Source: a virus (lineage: Duplodnaviria > Caudoviricetes). From it: DNA of 63,348 nucleotides. The position numbers and the translations under genes were made by a program. Below the pieces are notes generated by a model, which saw only the letters and a program-made list of their open reading frames with translations, was not told the DNA's origin and did no database searches. The stretch is taken from the IMG/VR virus record IMGVR_UViG_3300042905_000928, positions 1 to 63,348 of that record; one strand, given 5' to 3'. Shown piece after piece: positions 20,901-28,818 of the stretch. Positions within the stretch are counted from its first letter, which is position 1. The number at the start of each line of letters is the position of its first letter.

Positions 20901-23790
20901 AGACAAGAATTTAGTTGAAGACTTGGGTATCCCTGATGTACCAAATAGGGACAGTCAAACTAAAAAAGATTACATCCTTGAAAAAGTAAGCAAAATTAAT
21001 GAAAAAGCAAAAGAAATCAAGGTAGATCCAAAAGAAAGCATGCAAGATGGTTTAGCGGTTGCTTATGATGCAGCAACCATGGCTCGTATTAAGAACGTGG
21101 ACTACACAGCTGGTTTGGCAAAAAGAGATATGGCCAAATGGGAAGGCCAGATTAGAACAGCTAACGGTGAAATGATTCCTATTTTTGCTGCATTGAATAA
21201 CTTGCGTGCTGGCCACTTGGCTAATGCTGTTTTAGTACATGGAAAGCTAGAGTACAGCGGAAAATATGGTGTATTCATTGCTGTTGACAGTGATGAGTCC
21301 ATGGGTAATGTTATTCGTTTACAAGAAAGATTACGTAGACGTTTGACTCAAAATGTAGCTGATAAACTAATTAATGGTTGGTTTATTGCAATGAGAACTC
21401 GCAGTATTCAAGACGAGTACTTTAATAGAACAGCAGAAGTCCGCAAGTTACAAGAGCTTCTTTTAGCTAACACTGATTCTTCTAAGTCTCTTGAAATTGA
21501 AGCTGCTTTGCTAGAAGCCCAGCAAGACTTGGCTAACATCAAGCTGGCTTATCAAAAGGTTCCGTATTACTTCACTGTTTATAAAGGTTTTATTACCAAA
21601 AAAATCAAAGGTAAAGAAGTTCAAATACCTGATGTTCAATACGACCAAGACGGATTGCCAATATTAAATGACACAGCCTTAGACTCTATAATTGCTCGCT
21701 CTGATGCACATCCAGAGTTGCAAATGATGATGGATAATTGGACTGCTGTTAACCACAATATGTTGGATAACTTGGCATTTAGTGGTCGTGAAAGTAGACC
21801 TTATGTAGAGAAGTTAAAGAAGATTAAGAACTACTCTCCTTGGTCTCGTGTAATGGAAGAGAGTCATAATCCATATGATGCAAAACAAATTCCTACAGGC
21901 TCTTCTGGTCCAAGACACTTTAAGGCTGGCAGAACTGAACGGGATGTAGATAACGTTGTTGAAAGCATGATGCACAACGTAGCCATGTTTACCCGTAGCA
22001 CCGTGAAGAACTATGCTCAGTATCGTATCGCCATGGAATATGCGGAACGTGCGCCAGATACTTTTGATTCAAAAACTGGAAAACCAAAGCGCGGAAGAAT
22101 TTTAGTGTTTTCTGGTGAGCCTCGCTCAGATGTAGAGGGTGCAAAATTGCCTCTCTATATTGGTGGCCGTAAGATGTTAATTAATATTCCAGATAACTTG
22201 GTTGCTGAAGCTTACATTGGAATGAGCGTTGCTCCTTGGGAGTACTCATTCAGGGAAGTTTTAGGATCAGCTGCTCAACTGGCAAGAAGATCAATTACAT
22301 TCTCTGGTGTGTTCCAGTTAAAACAAGTGTTCTATGATTCTTGGGCGGCTGCCCTTAAGTCTGGTAGCAAGCATCCGTGGCGATTGTGGGGAGCTACGTA
22401 CATAGGATTCTTTAGAGCATTAGAAATAGGCAAACAAGATAAGACTGTACAAATCTTAAAACGTGCCGCTATTGGTGGATTTAGATCGCATCACAGATCG
22501 CCAGACTTAGAGTTGAAGGTAGAGGTTGGTTTATTAACCAACGACAATTGGCAAACGCTGATGAGCAGTATTGATGCTATTGGCGATGCTTCAGATTACT
22601 CAACTCGTATTGCTACTTATGACCAACTACTAAAAGAGTCAGGTGACCCAGCTTTAGCATTGTTTATGTCATCTAATATTATGGATTTTGGTAAGCATGG
22701 CAAAGGTATGGTTGGCCAGACGATGAAAGAAACAGTAACGTTTATGCAAGCTTGGGCAACAGATCTTGATACGATGTCGCAGACTGCCATGGGTGGAGCT
22801 GTTACAGGCAAAGCCAAGAAAGATCTTAAAAAGCAATTCCAAAAAACTATGATTAATTTCATGATTTTAGCTATTGCCTATACACTACTTGCAAGCTTAG
22901 ACCCTGACTATGACGAGTTGGATGACTCAACCAAGGCAAGAAACTTCTATGTACCGTTCTCTAAGAAAGCTACTGGCGCTCATGTTTTAATCCCCTTGAA
23001 TAACAATGCTGCGTTTTTCTTTAAAGTAACTCCTGAAATGCTAATTAACTACGTGCGCAAGTACGGCACAGAGGAACATATTGACACAACCAGAGCAGTA
23101 AATGCTTGGTTTAGTGCAATGGTTGATTCAGTGCTTGGCCCTACACCAATCCCAACTGGTATTAAGCCATCGCTTGAGATATTCTTGGATAGAAACACAT
23201 TCACAGGCGGTACTATTGTTCCAAAGAGCTTGAAAGATCTTACCTCTGCGGAGCAGTACACAGCCACAACATCTGAAATTGCAAAGTTACTTGGCGAGTA
23301 CACAGGCATTAGCCCAGTAAAGACAGACCATTTTATTCGTGGAACGTTTGGAACAATGGGTGGTTTAGCTCAGTGGTTCAGTAATATCATCTTCTCAGAA
23401 GGCCGTGTTGCTTCAGAGTTAAAACAAAACCCAATCCTCAGTTCATTTGTAGCTCCTGACGTTCTTAAGTTAAACGAGCAGCTCTACTACGATCTTAAAG
23501 AAAGAACAACCAAGGCACATGAGACTTGGGAAGACTTACTGAAAAATGAGAAGTTTGAGAAGGCAGATGCTTGGTATGAGAAGAATGAGAAGTTAATTGA
23601 AGCGCATGCCTACGTTACTTCTATTGAAACAGAACTGAAGGAACTTAACAAAGAGATCCGAAGGCTTGGAAGGACATATGATAAAAGCATGTCTCCAGAG
23701 GAGAAACGTGCGGAGATCAATGATTTTACCAAAAATAAACAGGATCTATTAGACGGAATATTTGAGGTCAGAAGAGACGCAGGGTTGTAA
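11986..23790 (+). CDS. giant polyvalent ejected protein (DarB-like): ART-like + N6-adenine MTase + Strawberry-notch SF2 helicase + zincin peptidase + LPD38-like C-terminus
   Basis: LYHTT...IWF...KLENPL...GFDGII (~13945-14310); EPSAGNG (15541), NPPF (15715); GDQTGVGKGR (16786), LDESH, QMLGRVHRTGQ (~18391); HELTH (20419). Confidence 0.85.
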   Translation: MDYDKLAKQLGGEAYSQPDLDELASGLGGKFQKPSFGQQLLEGEGLDIVKPKKTGSVLEGTTLTPAEQAAPATGPSLAEVAGKIKERIPEAELNAARIAELEEKTRQYEEEVPFLQRQTDPIMSGIARIPGYLPGLDVASTQKEINKIRQGQSGVRDPISGEIIPFSPEEAENAIRMLQERQAGSQKQVMESQAEAGKYRKRPTVEAIGNVKTAREAFDAFQVDPFGVMASVSLESLPTMVPALVLGAVTRNPAVGALAMGSTSFATELSSGITEYFQDKGINTNDPVAVNKALNDPVMFAKAYEHALTRASIIGTLDMASAGIASKMLVPKSLVKSQVAKEAINIGVAQPAAQMISGGGGEALAQIATEGSITKPGQVFLEAAGEGPTSILETAAFGGEKAIQRLKGQQDQGPDTLTDVRVPPTAPESIDPELQARAAMRFEQILLDAQATNKINTRDLNKLARELDIKPSKDVNDTKNAIYNKLFITPEAPAPEVSPKVEAAPSPIKAPEVVEEPSIPTTVRAFDEAEFAETADQPQVKATQPEIVQSFPMGENSEFRVIKSDQGYVANLYDKDAEQYLDTMRLFPTETFGEEAEGRAIEFARSESEKAAALLPQATEVLKEEEVKAAPKAIELTNTKEGFIASKDGKPITLYHTTRAVDENGNQIKDLIPGGPKGDGSGKAIWFGIDPNKLQAAHNAPVGKEGSYTIPSYVKLENPLYIDDFNYQEMRDRWGPDLPFSISDERIEKLKSAGFDGIIYEDNGQIEEVVAFNKDQVTFKSDYKPEAPAAAPVEPVKTQAQINQERQAAQREAAAVAKPSKEEVTEKKMLDAIEGIKKTKGTANQFIAKYGKAMFDRAKAEGYIDNEANDQRLFSTLKLDELWSKYNKPEDYAAMIKRREAGEKERQAEQAKIAEEAKPAEAPREMDKLQKDMGTEAYPFAKPEVKVSENKIFTEDAATKARNRLRSKLNQLNSGIDPEFLIDGITLSGYHIEKGARTFAAYSKAMIADLGDKVKPYLKQWYNAVRDDPSAKELVDDMDTYDQVQKASLPSAEEGTMDLMDPDSKFKIAQAISQHFVSGNGFPTIIEARKFISNLTGKKIEPATADAKEADEAIEVGIVLAARKIVESGESKENIYNNLVDLYNRQPNLSVRSSTSIKEQAYSTPAPLAYIASQLAGIDKKTTVYEPSAGNGMLLIGANPKNVIANELNATRYEMLKKVLPDAEVVNKNALSFDPTLSDVVIANPPFGAIGEEVFSAEGFKTREIDHAISYKALGRMPVNGRAVLIVGGVRGETEDARREGYRSAQKRAFYSNLYNNYNVVDHFTVDGDLYKKQGAAYPVDVIVINGKGQSKRSYPAADLPQVYSSYEQLKEKLNEPSLVSKRDVSTARVDSGDAAKGRGEQQGLDRGTVGQGVRPSDAGERSTESGTTGVPSTGAATSGRGEPAGELRGEGEPKSENKPKLPEDKGPVSSEPKRIEPRGAASDQANKPSAVGGAGQVSGKRVEPGLADRRGQEQETSTQVAYSPHSKASAVGTLAPNAMAQAIDESLTYLEDQVGDIDEYVASKLDFDVEELKIKFSAEQVDALALAISNAEQGKGFIIGDQTGVGKGRVVAGMIKYALLQGQIPIFMTQKANLYSDMIRDLDDIGMTDVLNLNSNTPNILITQADEKIPFKLSRQDKNGNPIEEKYTLENPVSQEKHNAFMKQLVKDNDLGKFKVIFSAYDSMNTYRGNKTERAKMVEHFANNNYLILDESHAAGGSGTDPEAQNRANFIRSLVNNSKGSFFSSATYAKRPDVMDLYSTTDMKLAVEDISELGEAIKRGGVPMQQVVANMLTKSGQYIRRERTFAGVSYETKENNVNKPTAENMATAMRYILDFSNKKKGAVKELKKELDEMGAVGGERDSKTEIKQVHFGSTMHNLIDQMLLSLKTAESVDFAIERLKAGEKVVLTVANTMGSFMKDFAEDNGLKKGDEINLSFSDLFLRYLEKQRQITIKFPNGEKQKRRLTDEELGPTLVELYNSIEDYIKNAGFGEAPVSPIDYMHNALRQAGYKTDEITGRDLVIDYAGGAPVLQGRKADIAQRVNAVDGFNNGDTDVIILNQAGSTGLSLHASSKFKNQQKRHMIIVQPEKNIDTHMQMLGRVHRTGQILAPSYSQMMADIPAEMRPAAVLMKKMASLNANTTASRKSSVTAEGVVDFMNDYGGQVVQEYLRDNPEVNEATGKNVTLKEDSTEGTVEDIATFTGYLPILPIAEQEEVYRDITERYNELLERENSLGTNKLEAKDVDLQAETLSVQPITEDKGGRSLFAAPAVMEKVEVNRTVKPYSSAEVKEQVEKSLDGKSSSDVAVEQTASLLERFRDFATKQIDKAKESNADEVKIQSLKDNLRTMHSKIKVILDTYKIGDEISIKDSAGIYNYAVITDITNSKKTANPAAGSDWKMHIALANGDAKALTISFSQINTTYTLSKEYYVDYFNPETQQAERVKVMDIFDKGATVRREKRWMVTGNILAGFAKYPGQIVTYTKKDGSVGQGVLMSRQFDFEKTQREAPVRIKSAGQAMRFFEEIGGVISTDDNNMRIEKSGRSYYFVAPKPKRQGFMYYGDENLTNFTGTFYGSGGTMRAVVSDEAKVEQAIQYLIDTNKKLFVKTGVEKARAMFNPPKLENIEEKKLTDMAVQDRIDTIKEYSKVRKAGRRLVKQIAKYGTDIPMQRQLNEVLAQEENLKNYIDQTKVPSITAEAFMARATEELAAGNITPEVERFIRSVYEQYPSILNGLKLSVRAKEGKGSATGNFDPIERLVTLWKGTSGVTKSKTARHELTHTMEQMMPPEARKAVIGAWAKSLEAAMKKYKDAQSQKYFEQVLKFLENPTEETAKDATNVMPDYSFYQYLNPSEYWAVNAEKMFGQQLGGAWTRFVKAMEKMFEALKAMFFMNNKLAVHRAFDQIIKKQPTRETRDSLMEYLAGAKIPTRFLNQIEEDKNLVEDLGIPDVPNRDSQTKKDYILEKVSKINEKAKEIKVDPKESMQDGLAVAYDAATMARIKNVDYTAGLAKRDMAKWEGQIRTANGEMIPIFAALNNLRAGHLANAVLVHGKLEYSGKYGVFIAVDSDESMGNVIRLQERLRRRLTQNVADKLINGWFIAMRTRSIQDEYFNRTAEVRKLQELLLANTDSSKSLEIEAALLEAQQDLANIKLAYQKVPYYFTVYKGFITKKIKGKEVQIPDVQYDQDGLPILNDTALDSIIARSDAHPELQMMMDNWTAVNHNMLDNLAFSGRESRPYVEKLKKIKNYSPWSRVMEESHNPYDAKQIPTGSSGPRHFKAGRTERDVDNVVESMMHNVAMFTRSTVKNYAQYRIAMEYAERAPDTFDSKTGKPKRGRILVFSGEPRSDVEGAKLPLYIGGRKMLINIPDNLVAEAYIGMSVAPWEYSFREVLGSAAQLARRSITFSGVFQLKQVFYDSWAAALKSGSKHPWRLWGATYIGFFRALEIGKQDKTVQILKRAAIGGFRSHHRSPDLELKVEVGLLTNDNWQTLMSSIDAIGDASDYSTRIATYDQLLKESGDPALALFMSSNIMDFGKHGKGMVGQTMKETVTFMQAWATDLDTMSQTAMGGAVTGKAKKDLKKQFQKTMINFMILAIAYTLLASLDPDYDELDDSTKARNFYVPFSKKATGAHVLIPLNNNAAFFFKVTPEMLINYVRKYGTEEHIDTTRAVNAWFSAMVDSVLGPTPIPTGIKPSLEIFLDRNTFTGGTIVPKSLKDLTSAEQYTATTSEIAKLLGEYTGISPVKTDHFIRGTFGTMGGLAQWFSNIIFSEGRVASELKQNPILSSFVAPDVLKLNEQLYYDLKERTTKAHETWEDLLKNEKFEKADAWYEKNEKLIEAHAYVTSIETELKELNKEIRRLGRTYDKSMSPEEKRAEINDFTKNKQDLLDGIFEVRRDAGL
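16109..16507 (+). CDS. candidate overprinted 132-aa helical protein inside the giant gene
   Basis: AAGGAG at 16096-16101, ATG at 16109; globular-looking sequence where the host frame is a low-complexity linker. Confidence 0.55.
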   Translation: MNLAWYPKEMLAPPELTAVMLPKGEVSNKDWIEALSDRVSDLAMQENDPLKAAQQACLALELPLVDEANQLGNCVVKENLNLRTNLSCQKTKDPFPANLSESNQEALQAIKQTNLAQWVELAKSAVSVSSLD

Positions 23791-23819
23791 AAAAAGGGGG
23801 GTGTTTTAAGACCCCCCTA
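23789..23819 (-). terminator. intrinsic terminator between convergent giant gene and rusA
   Basis: GGGGGGT/ACCCCCC stem with A-run on + strand (U-tract on - strand). Confidence 0.7.
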
Positions 23820-23849
23820 AACCACTCTCACTTCAAGGAAACTACCTGG

Positions 23850-24200
23850 CTAGTTTATTTGCAGAATGATTATTGTGCAAGCACCACCAGGAATTATTTC
23901 CTGCCGAATTATGTGTAACTCATCTATCTGGTTATCGTTCTCGTAGCAGCCCGCATGCTCGCAGGCATCTAATAAACTCTTTAAAACGTTGTCTACGTCC
24001 CTTTTACGCCTGTCGGGAGGGAAGAGTGCTATGTGGACCGCTAAACGGCCTTCTAGGGCCTGTATTCCAGCCTCATTGACCGCATCCATCACTCTAGCCC
24101 TGAACTCTTTACCCTTCTTGCCAATGAACCTATGGTTGCCTGACTGTCCCCAGTAGTGGTTAACACTAGGTGGGTAGGGTAGTTGGAGTTGAATGTGCAT
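23850..24200 (-). CDS. rusA: RusA Holliday junction resolvase
   Basis: LPYPPSVNHYW, PPDRRKRDVDNVLKSLLD, NDNQID motifs. Confidence 0.9.
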   Translation of the reverse strand: MHIQLQLPYPPSVNHYWGQSGNHRFIGKKGKEFRARVMDAVNEAGIQALEGRLAVHIALFPPDRRKRDVDNVLKSLLDACEHAGCYENDNQIDELHIIRQEIIPGGACTIIILQIN

Positions 24201-24261
24201 GCCGTACTGTAACATCTTTACTGTATAAATACAACAGTTGCAATAAAATGAGGACAACCTA

Positions 24262-24290
24262 TTGACATTACTCTCAACTGGTCATAATAT
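24262..24290 (+). promoter_or_regulatory. sigma70 promoter of the recombination operon
   Basis: TTGACA (24262-24267), 17 nt, TAATAT (24285-24290). Confidence 0.75.
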
Positions 24291-24296
24291 TGAGTC

Positions 24297-24321
24297 TCAA
24301 CTGCTAGGAAAGGAAAATCAA
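24297..24321 (+). promoter_or_regulatory. conserved leader motif copy 1 (TCAACTGCTAG-GAAAGGAAAATCA)
   Basis: Immediately after the -10 box, covers the RBS; recurs at 30956 (+), 39775 (-), 40797 (-). Confidence 0.7.
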
Positions 24322-25221
24322 GTGAAACTAACCAATAAGTATGGTATCCCACAGACGTTTATGAATGTCTTGGAGCGCCCTACATACAGTAAAGGTAAGG
24401 CTAATATCTCAGCGACTCAGCTGTTGAATAGCCCAAAGATCGTTGCTTTGACCAAGAAGTTTGATGAGGAACTGGAACAGGACGTGGCTGACATGATTTG
24501 GTCACTGTTTGGTTCAGCGATGCACAACATTCTTGAACATGGCAAAGATGGTAATCATGTGGTGGAACAGCGTGTCCACGTAGAGCATGACGGTTGGCAC
24601 ATCTCAGGCGCTGTTGACCTACAGATTGTGAATCCTGATGGAACGATTGATATTCGTGACTACAAGACCACATCTGCATGGGCAATGATGAACGAGAAGA
24701 TTGAGTGGGAACATCAACTCAACATCTACGCATGGCTTATTCAGCGTGCAAAGAAGCAAACTGTTAGTTCTGTGGGTATTGTTGGCTTAATCCGTGATTG
24801 GAATCGCCGTGAAGCGGCTACGAAAGAGGGCTATCCAGAAGCTCCAGTCAAAGAAATCCCAATCAAACTGTGGACGTTTGAAGAGCAAGAACAGTTTATC
24901 TCTAAAAGGGTGGCATTGCATAGTGCTTGTGAGTTCGCCATGGAAACAGAGGGCGACTTACCTGACTGCACCCCAACAGAGATGTGGGAAAAGCCAACGG
25001 TTTGGGCTTTGAAGAAAGAAGGAAACATCAAGGCTAAGGCTTTGTATGAGACTGAGGCACTTGCAGAGGAAGCTTTAAAAATTGCCTCTGAGAAAGATCC
25101 CAAGTCTAAGTTCTATGTAGAAGTAAGACCAGGAGAGCGTACTCGCTGTGCGAGCTTCTGTTCTGTTGCCCAATACTGCCAACAGTATCGGGACTATTTA
25201 AATCTTAAGGAGGAAGAATGA
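24322..25221 (+). CDS. PD-(D/E)xK Cas4-like exonuclease
   Basis: ISAT, GSAMH, SGAVDL...DYKT, QLNIY, C-terminal C..FC.V...C; GTG start after AAGGAAAA. Confidence 0.8.
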   Translation: MKLTNKYGIPQTFMNVLERPTYSKGKANISATQLLNSPKIVALTKKFDEELEQDVADMIWSLFGSAMHNILEHGKDGNHVVEQRVHVEHDGWHISGAVDLQIVNPDGTIDIRDYKTTSAWAMMNEKIEWEHQLNIYAWLIQRAKKQTVSSVGIVGLIRDWNRREAATKEGYPEAPVKEIPIKLWTFEEQEQFISKRVALHSACEFAMETEGDLPDCTPTEMWEKPTVWALKKEGNIKAKALYETEALAEEALKIASEKDPKSKFYVEVRPGERTRCASFCSVAQYCQQYRDYLNLKEEE

Positions 25222-25379
25222 AAACTAGACAAGAAATGATTTATGACTTCATGGTCTCTCTGGCTGCAAATGCAGAGTTTTATAAGCAATGGCATGAAGA
25301 CTCAGATGATGATGGGTATGGCAATAATGCTTATGCATTTGCTCAAGAACTTGCAGATGAATATTTAAGGAGCTTATGA
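25218..25379 (+). CDS. hypothetical protein (53 aa)
   Basis: AGGAGG RBS, overlapping start/stop on both sides. Confidence 0.6.
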   Translation: MKTRQEMIYDFMVSLAANAEFYKQWHEDSDDDGYGNNAYAFAQELADEYLRSL

Positions 25380-26104
25380 TGAGTGTATATAAAAAACTAC
25401 AGGATGCACGTATTCAGTTACAGAATACAAAGCTTTCTAAATCAGGGAAGAACAAGTTTGCTGGGTATGAATACTTTGAATTGGGTGACTTCTTGCCAGC
25501 TATTCAGACTATCTGCCAAAAGGTAGGCTTGTGCGGTGTCGTGTCATTCAATACTGACATGGCTTATTTAACCATCTATGACACAGACGGTGGTGACTTT
25601 GCTACATTCACATCCCCTATGTCATCAGCTGCCCTTAAGGGTTGCCATGATGTGCAGAACCTAGGTGCGGTTCAAACCTACCTACGCCGTTATTTATGGA
25701 CTAATGCTTTTGAGATTGTTGAGCATGATGCTTTAGATGCGACCACAGGTAATCAACCAGTAGCAAAGGTAGAGCCTAAGCCAGTAGTTAAAACTGTTAA
25801 CGGATACCCTGTTGATGAGAACTTAAAAATAATCGGACCTAAGCCTATCACTGGCGAGAAGGGTCAGTTCCAAATCGTAGCACCAGGAAAGCCCCAAGCA
25901 GAAGAGGCTATTGCAGGATGGTTGGCTAACATTAAAGATACCGCCAAGGTTCTATTAATGACTGCTTCAACCGAAGAGGATGTCATGCACATCTTTAAGA
26001 AGAACAAGGTGTTGTTTGACACCGTAAAAGCAACCGATGCCGTTTTCTTTAAGGAAATAATGGCGTTATTCACAGAAGCAAAAAACCAACTAGCGAAGGA
26101 GTAA
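25376..26104 (+). CDS. ERF-family ssDNA annealing protein
   Basis: KSGKNKFAGYEYFEL and QNLGAVQTYLRRY signature. Confidence 0.85.
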   Translation: MMSVYKKLQDARIQLQNTKLSKSGKNKFAGYEYFELGDFLPAIQTICQKVGLCGVVSFNTDMAYLTIYDTDGGDFATFTSPMSSAALKGCHDVQNLGAVQTYLRRYLWTNAFEIVEHDALDATTGNQPVAKVEPKPVVKTVNGYPVDENLKIIGPKPITGEKGQFQIVAPGKPQAEEAIAGWLANIKDTAKVLLMTASTEEDVMHIFKKNKVLFDTVKATDAVFFKEIMALFTEAKNQLAKE

Positions 26105-26107
26105 TAC

Positions 26108-26362
26108 ATGGCTTTTGAACAAAAACCAAATAGCGGTGCAATGTTTGTAAACGACCAAAAGAAGGCAGAGAACCACCCAGATTGGCGTGGCGATGTTTTC
26201 TTAGATAAGACATTCATCATTGAACAAATGGATAAATCCAAGGGTTCAATGGTCAAGATTGCTTTGTCAGCTTGGTCTAAACAGGCTAAGTCAGGCAAGG
26301 ACTACCTATCCATATCGGCATCAGAGCCATGGGTTAAAAAAGACGAAGACATTCCATACTAA
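26108..26362 (+). CDS. small ssDNA-binding-like protein
   Basis: HPDWRG...LSAW...GKDYLS and acidic tail DEDIPY. Confidence 0.6.
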   Translation: MAFEQKPNSGAMFVNDQKKAENHPDWRGDVFLDKTFIIEQMDKSKGSMVKIALSAWSKQAKSGKDYLSISASEPWVKKDEDIPY

Positions 26363-26371
26363 GGAGAAACC

Positions 26372-26827
26372 ATGAAACCATCCATTAAAAAAGCTATTTC
26401 AGTAGTCCGCAACACTTTGTTAGAAAACGGCAATCGCCCAACTCACAGCAACGATATTTGCACAAAGCATACAGATTTACCAAGAAGTGAGATTCACTAC
26501 GCATTGCGTGTCATGTGTGAAAAGAAGACTCTATCTCGTGTTAAACAAGGTACTTATGTGCTTACTTTTGCTGACAGACCATTTGATGAGTATGTGCTGA
26601 CTACCAAGAGACGAGCAAAAAAGCCACGCAAGGTTAATCCTGCAATACCTCTTGAGAAACAGTTACAGAAGTGGGATGCTGAAGAGAAAAAGACTGACTG
26701 GCAGGATCTATGTCAGAAGCTACAGAACGCATTGGCTAAAGCTTATGTGGACTGTGACCTGCTAGAAGCCACAGTTGCCGAGCAGAAAGTGGTCATTCGT
26801 TACTTAGAAAACCGTACTGTTCTATGA
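26372..26827 (+). CDS. winged-helix-like hypothetical protein
   Basis: AAGGAG RBS; wHTH-like N-half ending GTY, coiled-coil C-terminus. Confidence 0.5.
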   Translation: MKPSIKKAISVVRNTLLENGNRPTHSNDICTKHTDLPRSEIHYALRVMCEKKTLSRVKQGTYVLTFADRPFDEYVLTTKRRAKKPRKVNPAIPLEKQLQKWDAEEKKTDWQDLCQKLQNALAKAYVDCDLLEATVAEQKVVIRYLENRTVL

Positions 26828-27243
26828 ACAAGGTAAGTTTTGAGGGCGTCAAGGTTGCTATCAAGCAAGATAAGACTGGCTATGTGCTAACGCTTTCTAT
26901 CCACCCTGATGATATTCCTGAGATGCTTCTCAGGGATTTCGTTGGGGCGCGGTATGGCGTGGCCATGATTAGGATTGACGGCAACGAGCAACCGATGAAC
27001 CGAGAAGCTGAGTTTGAAGGTGATAAGCTGGTCCGCATAGCTGGCATGTTCAGCAAGGATGTGGAGTTCTGGAAGTATCTGTATGAGGATTCACAGATAT
27101 TTGAAGAGAACGAAAAGGAAGCCACAGAGTGGTTAAGAACTTACCTGTGTATTCAATCCCGTGCCGAGCTTAAAACCAATGCTCAAGCACAGCAACTTAT
27201 GAAAAAACTAGTTAAGGAATTTAACGAATGGAAAAGAAACTAG
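26824..27243 (+). CDS. hypothetical protein
   Basis: Coupled ORF; GYVLTLSIHPDD and SRAELK motifs. Confidence 0.6.
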   Translation: MNKVSFEGVKVAIKQDKTGYVLTLSIHPDDIPEMLLRDFVGARYGVAMIRIDGNEQPMNREAEFEGDKLVRIAGMFSKDVEFWKYLYEDSQIFEENEKEATEWLRTYLCIQSRAELKTNAQAQQLMKKLVKEFNEWKRN

Positions 27244-27506
27244 TACCGTACTCTGTGTATCTACCAATAGAACATGTTGAGAAGATCAAAAAGTTAGCTA
27301 AGAATCGTAAAGCTTCTGAGCTAATCCGTGATTCAATTATCAACATGTTAGAACATAAAGACATGTTCAAAAGTGGGTACAACAAGGGTATTAAAGATGC
27401 AGCCAAAGTAATCTATGACTGTAAAGAAGCACAAATGATTGCCATCCAGAAGCGTGATTTGGGTGACATTTTGTCTGAACAGATTCAATCATTGGAGCTT
27501 AAATGA
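27228..27506 (+). CDS. ribbon-helix-helix-like hypothetical protein
   Basis: YSVYLP...KASELIRDSI pattern. Confidence 0.5.
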   Translation: MEKKLVPYSVYLPIEHVEKIKKLAKNRKASELIRDSIINMLEHKDMFKSGYNKGIKDAAKVIYDCKEAQMIAIQKRDLGDILSEQIQSLELK

Positions 27507-27724
27507 ATGAAGACCCAACAAGAGATATAGCAATTGAGGTATTTCAGGTGCTGGCTACCAAGGCTGACATGGATACTGCTGTGATTTTGTCTGCTGTGAG
27601 TATTGTCCTGGCTACGATTGCGGTTGAAGCTGGGATGGAAGAGGAAAAGGCAGTTTACGCTTTCCGTAAATCCTATAGCAATGCACAGAGAAGACTGAAG
27701 CGATTGATGAAAGAGGTGCATTGA
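27503..27724 (+). CDS. hypothetical protein
   Basis: GGAG RBS, coupled ORF. Confidence 0.6.
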   Translation: MNEDPTRDIAIEVFQVLATKADMDTAVILSAVSIVLATIAVEAGMEEEKAVYAFRKSYSNAQRRLKRLMKEVH

Positions 27725-27924
27725 TGAATGATGATGACTTGAGAGACTGTTTTGCAATGTTTGCTGTTGCAGGAATGATGGCTCGTGGTGACATCCCACA
27801 CAAGGATATTGCTTACAGGGCTTATAACCTAGCAGATCTTGCCTTAAAAGCTCGTGTCCAGAAAGAAACAGATGAGTCAGCTGGCCTACCAGCGATTAAA
27901 CGGAGAGTTAAAAAGGGTGAATGA
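27721..27924 (+). CDS. small phage protein, LRD.FA..AY..AD..L.AR family
   Basis: Recurrent phage motif. Confidence 0.6.
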   Translation: MMNDDDLRDCFAMFAVAGMMARGDIPHKDIAYRAYNLADLALKARVQKETDESAGLPAIKRRVKKGE

Positions 27925-28066
27925 TCAAAACAAGTGGTGTACGTCATGCCGAATGATGAAGAACCCCATGGGTGGCGAGTGGATTGTTGCTAACAAGGGG
28001 CTTGTTAAACGATGGTCTTGTGCTTCTTGCCTTCAAAGAGCCAAGGAAAGAAAGGGAAAACAATAA
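27917..28066 (+). CDS. small Zn-ribbon protein
   Basis: CxxC...CxxC; GTG start inferred. Confidence 0.5.
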   Translation: MNDQNKWCTSCRMMKNPMGGEWIVANKGLVKRWSCASCLQRAKERKGKQ

Positions 28067-28257
28067 TGGATACAGATATTAAAAATGACAAGGCTTGGAT
28101 TGCTAAGTTAAGAAACTTTTTAATTGTGCTAATGGTTGGATTTTCCATCGGCAGCATAGTGACTAACGCTACATTTACCTACCAATTGCAACAAGACTGC
28201 GACACTATGAAACAGTTCCGTGTTGGTAAGTTAGCCTATACCTGCATAGTCAAATGA
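28066..28257 (+). CDS. small membrane protein
   Basis: One TM helix; coupled ORF. Confidence 0.55.
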   Translation: MDTDIKNDKAWIAKLRNFLIVLMVGFSIGSIVTNATFTYQLQQDCDTMKQFRVGKLAYTCIVK

Positions 28258-28330
28258 GCTGGGCCATATTAATCTGCCTCATCGTGATCGTGTATCGCCT
28301 TGAGTGCATCTTGAAGGAGCTGAGAAAGAA

Positions 28331-28594
28331 ATGAAAAATGAACCAGTAGCTTGGGCTGTATGGGAGGGAAGACCACATGATTTATTTTTTACAAAAGAAG
28401 AAGCAGATGAACTGTGCCGTCTAAAAGGTGGTGATGCTAAATCTATTCCACTCTACACCGCACCAAGAGAATTAAGTGATGAGGAAATAGTAAATTTGTA
28501 TGAATCATTGGAATACAAAAATGCTACAAGTAATGAGAAATATGATGCTATTCAGTTTGCTAGAGCAATACTAAAGAAAGCGAGTGAGAAATGA
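28331..28594 (+). CDS. hypothetical protein (EPVAW...PLY...LSDEEI type)
   Basis: Recurrent accessory phage motif; AAGGAG upstream. Confidence 0.6.
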   Translation: MKNEPVAWAVWEGRPHDLFFTKEEADELCRLKGGDAKSIPLYTAPRELSDEEIVNLYESLEYKNATSNEKYDAIQFARAILKKASEK

Positions 28595-28818
28595 GAGAAG
28601 ACTTTGAAGAGTGGGCGAAAGGTAAAATTTCTTTAGCCAACTATGACGGTGAATACGCCAATCTTGAGTCTCAGATAGCTTGGCAAGCATGGCAACGTTC
28701 GTGGAACATTGCAATCCGTGCGCAAAGACAAAGGGATGAGGCAGAGCTAAACGCCCTCAAGAACAAGATACTAATTGCTAAGGCCGCTTTAACGACTAAG
28801 GTTTTGGGTGCAAGATGA
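28591..28818 (+). CDS. hypothetical protein (FEEW...AWQAWQ type)
   Basis: Coupled ORF, recurrent phage motif. Confidence 0.55.
   Translation: MREDFEEWAKGKISLANYDGEYANLESQIAWQAWQRSWNIAIRAQRQRDEAELNALKNKILIAKAALTTKVLGAR

Noticed and set aside
12391-23309. Many antisense ORFs in the giant gene and other long genes
   Set aside because: Shadow ORFs from codon bias, with no RBS or motifs.
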